DNA of 64,000 bases from an uncultured Candidatus Saccharibacteria bacterium (GTDB lineage: Bacteria > Patescibacteriota > Dojkabacteria > SC72): positions 9,585 through 73,584 of the forward strand of contig CAZLLO010000003.1 in assembly GCA_964560525.1 (NCBI GenBank). Reading direction: 5' to 3'. The translations under genes were made by a program, and so were the position numbers. Positions 49,593-57,074 of the stretch are shown piece by piece (position 1 is the first letter of the stretch; every line of letters begins with the position of its first letter). The notes under the pieces were generated by a model. That model was not told the DNA's origin. It did no database searches and saw nothing but the letters and a program-made list of their open reading frames with translations.

Positions 49593-49855
49593 TACCCTTT
49601 AAAAGGATTTGCAAGTCGAAGTGCGGACATTGCCCTAGAGATTTGAGGATCTTTTTTCCCTTTTGATATATCTGCACGATATGAAATTTTTTTCTCTGCC
49701 TTAGTAATTTCGTCAAGGTCTGAAAGCACTTTAGTTTGCGGTATTTCGGAGGTGGTAACGGCTTGTGTTACTAGGTAGTTCTGTTCGTTAAGTAGATTTA
49801 AATTTTGTTGGTTATTGTTTTGTTCCATCATTATTAGGTATATAGCTAGGCACAT
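49589..49855 (-). CDS. Hypothetical small Gln/Asn-rich protein (about 80-88 aa), last gene of the T4SS-like operon
   Basis: ORF overlapping the 3' end of the VirB4-like gene; the start could be the ATG at 49855 or the one at 49828. No TM and no motif. Confidence 0.35.
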   Translation of the reverse strand: MCLAIYLIMMEQNNNQQNLNLLNEQNYLVTQAVTTSEIPQTKVLSDLDEITKAEKKISYRADISKGKKDPQISRAMSALRLANPFKGY

Positions 49856-52244
49856 TCCCTTGTGGAGTTGTGTGCTCTCTACCTTTTTGAATATCCTCCC
49901 TTGATTGTACCACTTGTCCTGATACAGTGTTTTGTTTTATGGTATCTAAGAAAGATTGTTGGCTTTTGAATTTGTCAGGGTTTAGTTCTAGCTCTTGTTG
50001 TCTAAGTCTTTCTTCTAATTCCTTTTGATATTGTGATCTCTCATCTTCGATAAGCTCTTGGTCGGATTTTCTTTTCTGTATTGCCTGATCTATCACATGT
50101 TGTTGTCTTTCCAAACTTTTCCCATCTCTCATAGGTTGTTGTTCTGCAGGTGGTTCATATATCTGTGCTAAATCCTCAAGTGTACGTGTATCTGTTGCTC
50201 CAGCATTTGCTCTTTGTGCTTCGAGTTCCTTTGGATCTGTGGTAATTAATTCATGTTCTGCCTGACTTGATATGATTTGGATGCCGACATGGTTAGCTCC
50301 TGCAAAGAAAAGACCTTGTCCTCGGTCACAACTTAACAAGAAATTCTTTTCTCCGTCAGATAGATTGAAAACTGTTTGGAGTTTATCTACAGAAGAGGGA
50401 CTTTGTTTCATCAATATTTGCATAGAAGAGTTAGATATGATGGCTTTTCCCATATCATTGCTTAGGAAGTCAGATACATCCTGTGTTATTGTGGAGAGGC
50501 CAAGATAGTATTTTCTTGCTCTTTTTGCAATTGAATACATGAAGTTTGCAGAATCAAGGCTTTGCATCATATACCAAGCTTCATCAACGATTAGTAATCT
50601 TCTCTTTTGATCTTTTCTAATCTTAGTCCATATGAAATCGAGCATTAGATACATTGATAGAGGCTTGAGCTCATCTTGTAAATCTCTAATACTAAATACT
50701 GTAAAAGGATTGTTAATTTCGAAATTACTTGCTTCATTGAATATACCTGCGGCACTGCCGATGATATATTTTTCCATTCTTCTTGCTAAATCATGAGCTT
50801 CATTCTCGGCCATTCCCTTTAGTACCTTATACATATCTTCAAGTAGTGGAGGCTGTTTGGTTTGAGTTGAAGGATCAAATGTAATACCTTTCTCACGATA
50901 GGTGAGTATTAATGCTTTATCCAACAGGGACTCTTCAACATTACTTAGTCCTCCGAAAAGAATTTTAAAGAAACCGTGTAGAGATAGTAATTTCATTCTC
51001 AATTCATCATCTCCTTCTTCTGTGATCCCTGATAGCTCAAATGGATTCATCTTGTTTCCTTTGTCCTGGGAGAATGAAATGTAAGAACCGTTTACTGCAT
51101 TTGAGAGGGCTTGGTATTCTTTCTCAGGGTCAATGATTATAATTTCGGTACCAAGCATCAGACTTCTAAGTACTTCTAATTTCACAAAGTAGCTTTTACC
51201 TGCACCAGCTTTTGCAAATACTACAGTATTTGCATTTTCTAATTGGAATCTATCAAAGATAACCAAGCTCTTGTTATGCATATTTATTCCGTACATGATT
51301 CCATGGTCCATTGTTAGTTCGGAAGTTACAAATGGGAATGTAGTTGCAAGAGAAGTGGTATCCATATTTCTGGTTATGAAGAGTGGATCTAGGCCAAGAG
51401 GTTGTGTACTTATAAATCCTTGTGCTTGTTGCAGTGTAGCTGGTTTGGCTACTACGCTCATTGCTGCGAGGGTAGAGGTTACATTTCTAGAATATTTTTC
51501 TAAGAGGTTTTTGTTTGGTGCATATATTGTTATATACATTCCAAAGTGAAAATATTTTTCAGATCCTTCTGCAATGGAATCTTGAAGTTGTTGTGCATCT
51601 GAAAGCGCAACCTTAAGAGTAGGGTCTACAACTTTTCTATCTTCCATTTGAGAGTAGAGAGTTGCTTCCATTTCACCAATCTTTCTCTTAAGTTTTTCCA
51701 GTATCTCCTTTGTTTCTACAGGGTAGTAAAAGGTACTAATTCTTAAAGAATGTTCAAAGTTGACGATAGGGGAAAGCCAGTTTGGGCCTACAACACGAGG
51801 ATATCCACTAATGAAGAATGTCTTAAAATAGTAGTCTCCCATTTGAAGATGATTGAAGTCTATTTCCATATCTATTGGGGCAACTATATCCTTGATAGCC
51901 ATCTTCTCGTCTATCAGGGTTAGATCCTCATCTACTTCTGATGCAGGCTTAATTTCCTCACCTCCAGCTTTCTTTTTATTTACTACAGAAGATATCTTAT
52001 CTAGTAGCTTTAATAGGGGATTCTTTGATTTAGGTTTTTTCTCTTCGGAGTTTTCTTCAACGAGAGGATCTACGACTCTATTTGCTTCTGGTCTTTCTCT
52101 GGCAGTGGAAACTTCTTTTTGTAAGTCTTGTCTAAAAGTCTGATACTTTTCTCCCGCAGTTTGGAGTTTCTCTTCCTGGCTATGTAACTGCTCCATGGTC
52201 TTGCTCTCTATTACTGGATTTTCGTTTAGATTGTTATTTTCCAT
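49812..52244 (-). CDS. VirB4/TrbE/CagE-family type IV secretion ATPase (core) with low-complexity N- and C-terminal extensions
   Basis: Walker A FAKAGAGKSYFV; diagnostic VirB4/TraC Walker B LLIVDEAWYMM followed by RKYYLGLSTITQ; N-terminal YFKTFFISGYPRVVGPNWLSP, a VirB4 family signature. Own ATG with a strong GAGGAGG Shine-Dalgarno. Confidence 0.85.
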   Translation of the reverse strand: MENNNLNENPVIESKTMEQLHSQEEKLQTAGEKYQTFRQDLQKEVSTARERPEANRVVDPLVEENSEEKKPKSKNPLLKLLDKISSVVNKKKAGGEEIKPASEVDEDLTLIDEKMAIKDIVAPIDMEIDFNHLQMGDYYFKTFFISGYPRVVGPNWLSPIVNFEHSLRISTFYYPVETKEILEKLKRKIGEMEATLYSQMEDRKVVDPTLKVALSDAQQLQDSIAEGSEKYFHFGMYITIYAPNKNLLEKYSRNVTSTLAAMSVVAKPATLQQAQGFISTQPLGLDPLFITRNMDTTSLATTFPFVTSELTMDHGIMYGINMHNKSLVIFDRFQLENANTVVFAKAGAGKSYFVKLEVLRSLMLGTEIIIIDPEKEYQALSNAVNGSYISFSQDKGNKMNPFELSGITEEGDDELRMKLLSLHGFFKILFGGLSNVEESLLDKALILTYREKGITFDPSTQTKQPPLLEDMYKVLKGMAENEAHDLARRMEKYIIGSAAGIFNEASNFEINNPFTVFSIRDLQDELKPLSMYLMLDFIWTKIRKDQKRRLLIVDEAWYMMQSLDSANFMYSIAKRARKYYLGLSTITQDVSDFLSNDMGKAIISNSSMQILMKQSPSSVDKLQTVFNLSDGEKNFLLSCDRGQGLFFAGANHVGIQIISSQAEHELITTDPKELEAQRANAGATDTRTLEDLAQIYEPPAEQQPMRDGKSLERQQHVIDQAIQKRKSDQELIEDERSQYQKELEERLRQQELELNPDKFKSQQSFLDTIKQNTVSGQVVQSREDIQKGREHTTPQGNVPSYIPNNDGTKQ

Positions 52245-52884
52245 CTTCTTCTTCCTCCTCTGGGTTATATATGGTATAGAATTCTGAAAGTAATTCAGTA
52301 TTATTTAATTGATGCCCGAACAATCCCATACGTGAGAGCTGTTTAAGAATATGATCTCTTTTGGGGTACAAGAAGATCTTTCCCTTCTCGAGTAGTTGGT
52401 CTATCTGCATTTGTTTGTATTGTTCTTCCTCTTCTTTGTTTCTTTTCGACTTAAGAATATTACCAGTTGGTATGGAAATCCCAGGACTGTATGGAACTAC
52501 TATGAAGAAATTCTTGTCTAAAACATCGTTTTGAATAATTAAATTCTGTACGAATTTGGTATATATCTCTAACTGTTTGCGTAAACCCTCTGTCATTTCT
52601 CGTTTCTTTTGAGATTCAAGATAGTCTACGTAATTCGCAATATCAATTCTCTTTGTTCTAATGAGTATTTGAATCCTGAAATTTAGTGAATTCAAAAGTC
52701 CTGCGAAAGAAAATATCTTGCTATCTTGCTCATATTCTGCGAGAAGGTCAAAGTTAATTGCGGAAGTTCGTATCACCATCGCCACACTACCGCTATTAGT
52801 GATGATTAAATCGTCTCTGATCTCTTTCAGTTGCAATTGGTCTTGTGTTGAAGCTATTGCTCTAGCTCTTGCGTTTTTGTCCAC
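52234..52884 (-). CDS. Separately encoded homolog of the VirB4 N-terminal domain (216 aa, soluble, acidic C-terminal tail)
   Basis: DDLIITNSGSVAMVIRTSAINFDLLAEYEQDSKIFSFAGLLNSLNFRIQILIRTKR aligns with the N-terminal region of A. tumefaciens VirB4 as I remember it (DHIVLLEDGSIMSIARIDGVAFELEEIEMRNARCRAFNTLLRNI...). GTG start 2 nt after the upstream stop. Overlaps the VirB4 core gene by 11 bp in a different frame. Confidence 0.55.
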   Translation of the reverse strand: MDKNARARAIASTQDQLQLKEIRDDLIITNSGSVAMVIRTSAINFDLLAEYEQDSKIFSFAGLLNSLNFRIQILIRTKRIDIANYVDYLESQKKREMTEGLRKQLEIYTKFVQNLIIQNDVLDKNFFIVVPYSPGISIPTGNILKSKRNKEEEEQYKQMQIDQLLEKGKIFLYPKRDHILKQLSRMGLFGHQLNNTELLSEFYTIYNPEEEEEDGK

Positions 52885-52886
52885 TT

Positions 52887-53687
52887 TTAAATTGTCTTAA
52901 TTTTAATAGGTAATTTATGATCTGTTTCCTGAATGATTATTTGTACTTTAGGAAATTTAAACTGTGGGTGTTGGAACTCTAGGTAATATACACCTTTCTC
53001 CCAAATCCTGTTAGTCAAGAAATATCCACTTTGGCCAGTTCTATTCGCATACAATACTTTTCCGTCTTGTCCTTTCATGTAAGTTACTACATTTGGAACA
53101 GGTTTCATATCTTGAGTGTATAGCCAGACATTAATATTTCCAGGTAATTTCTCCAAACTCTGTATGCTAAATTCATAATTAGCTCGATTCTCATCTGATA
53201 TTACTAGTGCTTGAGGGGTTGATGGTATAGTATCTGGTTTTGTAGGTACTGTTTGCTCGGGTATCACTGCTATCTTCTTTTGAATCCCGCCGCCAATAAT
53301 TGTGCTTGTATTTTCTTTGAAACTCTTCTCTACTAATTTCCCCTCTGTACTAGGTTTAACTTCTGGTTTTACTCTTTCTTCTTTCATTTGGCTATTTAGC
53401 CAAACCATTTGTGTCGGAGCACTAATCGCATTGACATAGTTCTTTATGAAGACATCAGCGTCTTGGTCATTAACTGGAACTATTCCCAGGAATATTCCTG
53501 CACCACCAGTTACTATTGCAATTGGAATTCCTACTAATGCAGGGATAGTACCTCCTACTACTAGATACACCATGATTCCAGCTAACCCAAGTCCAACCGC
53601 AAGATATGCAAATTCTTTGAGTGTGAACTTAGTAAAGAGTTTGAACTCTACGTCTAATATATTTTGTGGTATAGGGTGTTGTCTCAT
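52887..53687 (-). CDS. PrgI/VirB3-like T4SS membrane protein with an extracytoplasmic C-terminal extension of about 170 aa (PEGA/CarbopepD-reg-like beta-sandwich)
   Basis: NILDVEFKLFTKFTLKEFAYLAVG followed by two TM helices, then GIVPVNDQDADVFIKNY, matching the Tn916 Orf17/PrgI pattern. C-terminal KGVYYLEFQHPQFKF beta-rich domain. Confidence 0.6.
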   Translation of the reverse strand: MRQHPIPQNILDVEFKLFTKFTLKEFAYLAVGLGLAGIMVYLVVGGTIPALVGIPIAIVTGGAGIFLGIVPVNDQDADVFIKNYVNAISAPTQMVWLNSQMKEERVKPEVKPSTEGKLVEKSFKENTSTIIGGGIQKKIAVIPEQTVPTKPDTIPSTPQALVISDENRANYEFSIQSLEKLPGNINVWLYTQDMKPVPNVVTYMKGQDGKVLYANRTGQSGYFLTNRIWEKGVYYLEFQHPQFKFPKVQIIIQETDHKLPIKIKTI

Positions 53688-53762
53688 AAGGCAGATTTTA
53701 CTATTTTTCTTTTTAAAAGTTTACCAGAATATTAAGAAAAGTTTTAGATGGTATAATAAACG

Positions 53763-54533
53763 ATGTATACACCACTAAAAGCCTTTGAGGAATTATCAAA
53801 ATTTAGATTGTTGATGAATTGTTCTGTATCTGAGGAGAAGGCAAAGTATATCTGGGGGAAGAATTTCACAAAGAATTTAGACAAGAAGTTGGGAAATGAA
53901 AGAGTAGGGGATGTGGTTCTTTCTAAGTTAGAAATTGCAAAAAAGAATCTAAAATATCTTAAGGTTGGTAACTGGGTTAAGTTTATTGGTATTTCTGGAT
54001 CTGTAGCTGCGGGGTTTGCAAAGCAAGAAGATGATATTGATGTTTTCGTGGTTGTAGAAAATGATACTGCATGGATATATAGAGCATTGTTGATGTTTAA
54101 GAATATATTTCATAGGAAGATACGTATAAAGAGGGATGGTGAGATGGTTATGGATAAGTTATGTATTAATTTCATATGTGAGGAAAAGGGGCTTCAATTA
54201 GAGAATGATATGTTTAATTTTCATGAGCTTATGTACTTAATTCCTATTTGCAATGAGAAATATCTTAACTACATCTATTCTAAAAACGTATGGTTAAAAG
54301 AGGAGTATGGGGTTAAGAATGAATTGTTGGTTAATAGGGTGTGGGTAGAGAGAAGAAGGAATATTTTTTTAATGATTTTAAACTTTAAGGCTTTTTGCTT
54401 ACAATTAATATTCATGATTATTACTAATCATGGTCCGGAGATACCTAGATTAAAGAGTAATTTTAAAGAAGGAAGGATAGAATTCTTTCCTGTGGATTAC
54501 AAGGAGAAAAGAATAGAAAAGTATTTAAATTAA
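53763..54533 (+). CDS. Pol-beta superfamily nucleotidyltransferase (256 aa) of unknown substrate
   Basis: GISGSVAAGFAKQEDDIDVFVVV, i.e. the hG[GS]-x10-DhDh NTase motif. Comparable in size to Lnu/ANT-type antibiotic NTases and AbiEii-like toxins. Low GC and purine-rich. Confidence 0.65.
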   Translation: MYTPLKAFEELSKFRLLMNCSVSEEKAKYIWGKNFTKNLDKKLGNERVGDVVLSKLEIAKKNLKYLKVGNWVKFIGISGSVAAGFAKQEDDIDVFVVVENDTAWIYRALLMFKNIFHRKIRIKRDGEMVMDKLCINFICEEKGLQLENDMFNFHELMYLIPICNEKYLNYIYSKNVWLKEEYGVKNELLVNRVWVERRRNIFLMILNFKAFCLQLIFMIITNHGPEIPRLKSNFKEGRIEFFPVDYKEKRIEKYLN

Positions 54534-54550
54534 TTTAGTAATAAAGAACA

Positions 54551-54874
54551 ATGATCGACTATATGAATAACTATATGGAATATATAAAAACCATATTAAA
54601 GAAAGAAAATATAAATGAATCTATTAAGAAAGATTTTCTTGAACATATACAATTTATGCAACATGAAAGACTAATACATCTATTAGTTACTATGTTATTT
54701 GCATCATTATTAATGTTTGGATTTATTATTATGCTTATATATTTCTCTTGGATATTGGTAGTATTTACAGCAATAATATTTATTGTAGAAATATTCTATA
54801 TATTCCATTATTACAAACTAGAGAATGGAATACAGAGGATGTATAGGTTGTATGATGAAGTAACTAAGAAATAG
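54551..54874 (+). CDS. Small 2-TM membrane protein (107 aa), co-transcribed with the NTase
   Basis: Lies 17 bp downstream of the NTase stop. Two hydrophobic helices (LIHLLVTMLFASLLMFGFIIMLIYF and ILVVFTAIIFIVEIFYIF). GC roughly 22%. Confidence 0.45.
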   Translation: MIDYMNNYMEYIKTILKKENINESIKKDFLEHIQFMQHERLIHLLVTMLFASLLMFGFIIMLIYFSWILVVFTAIIFIVEIFYIFHYYKLENGIQRMYRLYDEVTKK

Positions 54875-55358
54875 CCTTTATTGTATACACAATTTTTTCT
54901 TTAATCTCCTCGTATGAGGAAGAATCTTTAATGTCTAGTATGACTAACTTATGATCTTTTTCATCATCATATTTATTCTTCATATCAATACAATCCTTTA
55001 ATATCTCTTTCTTTTGTTCCAGAGGATCTATTTTTGAAAAATCTCCAATAGAACCGTTTTCTTTTCTCTTTTCGTAATTCTGTTTAAGAAGAGTATCTGA
55101 AGGATTTAGTATGAATATGAGAGATTTTTTATACAAAGATTTCAAAATATACCATTTTCGATATATCCAACAATGGTCAAATATAACAGTAGGGTAATAA
55201 AACGGATTCATATGATCTAATATATTAAAATAGTTTCCCTTAGTGGTTTCATTTATAAGGGGAATGTTAAGTTCTTTTGATATTTCTTCTGCAAGTGTAC
55301 TTTTACCTGCAGTTACTGGCCCTGAAATAATAATACCGATATTTCCTATTGCTTCCAT
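54864..55358 (-). CDS. Small P-loop NTPase / nucleoside(nucleotide)-kinase-like protein (164 aa)
   Basis: Walker A IIISGPVTAGKSTLAEEI. Convergent with the NTase-2TM operon and overlaps its end by 11 bp. Confidence 0.55.
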   Translation of the reverse strand: MEAIGNIGIIISGPVTAGKSTLAEEISKELNIPLINETTKGNYFNILDHMNPFYYPTVIFDHCWIYRKWYILKSLYKKSLIFILNPSDTLLKQNYEKRKENGSIGDFSKIDPLEQKKEILKDCIDMKNKYDDEKDHKLVILDIKDSSSYEEIKEKIVYTIKAIS

Positions 55359-55558
55359 ATACTTTATTATACCAGTATTTAAAAAAAAACAATTACTGTG
55401 TCTTTCAATATCCCCATTATTTAATAATATGATATAATCATTCCCATGAATAAAGCATATAACCTAAATCAGAAGTTCTGGCGACCCTCTAACAATTAAG
55501 AGGGTGTGATGCTTTATACATATATTTCCATAAAGATTTTTGTTTAAGTATCTACCAT

Positions 55559-55635
55559 GGGTGGATAGTTTGAATTGGTTAAAACGGTAGTCTCCAAAAC
55601 TACAGTTATGGGTTCAATTCCCATTCCACCTACCA
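55559..55635 (+). tRNA. trnW: tRNA-Trp (anticodon CCA), with the 3' CCA encoded
   Basis: Manual cloverleaf: acceptor GGGTGGA/TCCACCT with a G1-U72 wobble; D-stem GTTT/AAAC; anticodon stem GTAGT/ACTAC; anticodon loop CTCCAAA; T-arm ATGGG-TTCAATT-CCCAT; discriminator A, then CCA. Confidence 0.85.
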
Positions 55636-55663
55636 TTCTAACTAATATTTACTAAATTAAATT

Positions 55664-56191
55664 ATGGAAATCGAAATAATGGAAAACAATCAAAATGAAA
55701 TATCAATACTCGAGCAGGAAATCCCTGTAGGAGGAGTTTTTAAACCCATATCCAAGGTTATTGAAGAAAGAGTAGCTCAGGAAACAGAAGAAAGATTAAA
55801 TACTGAAAAATTCAAATCAAAGTATGAAGATCCTTCATCTCAATTCGCCCAATTGCAAGTTAATAGCTATATGAAGTTGATTAGACCAAGAGGAGAAGAG
55901 GAGTTTGTAAAACTCAAAGAAGTAGTTACTGAAGATGAATTAGACGACACAAAAGTTGTAGAAAATATTGATTACCCTAACTATCAATCTCTGCAAAATG
56001 GAGTAGGTGAAATCAATATAAAAAAAGAAGATCTTTCTACCATACGAGGAATATTTGCAAAGGCAAATATAAGATTAAATCAAAAGCTAAAAGCTTCTGT
56101 AACGAGTACAGACCTATATAATATGTTGTATTCAGAGCTCTCTGAGAAGAGAATGAGTGACTATCAATACTTAGTTTGGCAACTGTCTTAG
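55664..56191 (+). CDS. Hypothetical protein (175 aa), possibly the N-terminal part of a gene disrupted by a frameshift (see findings)
   Basis: ATG start immediately after the tRNA; acidic with no TM. The downstream ORF is open in the +1 frame from 56175 and overlaps this ORF's stop. Confidence 0.4.
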   Translation: MEIEIMENNQNEISILEQEIPVGGVFKPISKVIEERVAQETEERLNTEKFKSKYEDPSSQFAQLQVNSYMKLIRPRGEEEFVKLKEVVTEDELDDTKVVENIDYPNYQSLQNGVGEINIKKEDLSTIRGIFAKANIRLNQKLKASVTSTDLYNMLYSELSEKRMSDYQYLVWQLS

Positions 56192-56249
56192 AATTGCCGA
56201 AGAAAAATCTCCAGAAAATAGCGAGCAAAGAGATTGCATAGCCAAAGCC

Positions 56250-57071
56250 TTGCTCTACTATCAATTAGAAATAGGTACCTATGGAGGAAGTGAAAAGCTA
56301 GGATTAGCATTAAACAATATCGCAAATGCAATTGCTTCAAATATTCCGCTCCTGTATTTTGTTCCAATTTGTTTGAGATACTACTATGATTTTGAAGGAG
56401 AGCAGCAAGTTCTTCCTGATATTGAAACACATAATTTAGTAAACAGCTCAGGAGAGGTAATTACAAAAGAAGGAGAAGAATTTAAACAACATATATCAGA
56501 TGGAATTGAAAAAATTTTGTTATTACAATCTCTTGGAGTTCCCATCAAGATTGTTATGCCTGTGATGGATCATGAAATACTCCGACCAGAAAGGATGCAT
56601 ACAAAAGTTAATGAGGGGAAAATACGAACATATATACAAGCGGTTAAACAATATGGGGAGAGAATAGACAAAAGTATTACAGCGAAATCTTCTTTGAAGC
56701 TTTTTGGTATTCCACAGAACCATATTGAGTTTGATGAAATTCTAACTGATGTGAGGGAATCAAACAAAAGAATGTATTGTGGTGAAAGCAAATTTAGAAT
56801 TAGTGAAAGTACTTTTGAACATGCTGTGAATGAGGATTATGAAAGAAATTCTCAAGATAAAGAAAGGAATTCATATTACAGGAGTAGAGAATTTGCCAGA
56901 TTATGTGTTCAATATGGATTTGGAGAGGATAGGGTACATGCTGTGGAAATGAGTAGGATGGCAAAGGTGAATGGATATAGCGGCTGTTTTGTTAAATTGC
57001 CATATGGGGCGGAGACGGATATGTTAATTTTTAATACGGGAAAAGATGTAGTAGTAACGTTTGGTAAGTAA
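56250..57071 (+). CDS. Hypothetical protein; the first in-frame start is a TTG with no Shine-Dalgarno and no ATG for about 100 codons, so it is probably the continuation of 55664-56191
   Basis: The reading frame is open from 56175 and overlaps the upstream ORF's stop (56189-56191). No recognisable family. Confidence 0.4.
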   Translation: MLYYQLEIGTYGGSEKLGLALNNIANAIASNIPLLYFVPICLRYYYDFEGEQQVLPDIETHNLVNSSGEVITKEGEEFKQHISDGIEKILLLQSLGVPIKIVMPVMDHEILRPERMHTKVNEGKIRTYIQAVKQYGERIDKSITAKSSLKLFGIPQNHIEFDEILTDVRESNKRMYCGESKFRISESTFEHAVNEDYERNSQDKERNSYYRSREFARLCVQYGFGEDRVHAVEMSRMAKVNGYSGCFVKLPYGAETDMLIFNTGKDVVVTFGK

Positions 57072-57074
57072 AAA

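Noticed and set aside
52230-52250. The 216-aa and 810-aa VirB4 pieces as an artefactual frameshift of a single gene
   Set aside because: The downstream ORF has its own ATG preceded by a strong GAGGAGG Shine-Dalgarno. Both junction regions encode long low-complexity acidic tails, which is typical of a domesticated split, not a point indel. I cannot exclude a sequencing error without reads, so it is kept as a finding.
53763-54874. Calling the NTase plus 2-TM pair a CBASS system outright
   Set aside because: The NTase is only 256 aa, shorter than CD-NTases I know. The TM partner is too small to hold a nucleotide-sensing domain. No Cap2/Cap3 or other signature accessory genes are present. It is kept only as one of several hypotheses.
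55476-55504. Hairpin CCCTCT-aacaatta-AGAGGG upstream of tRNA-Trp as a terminator
   Set aside because: There is no downstream T-tract on either strand, and it is not positioned after a gene in the correct orientation.
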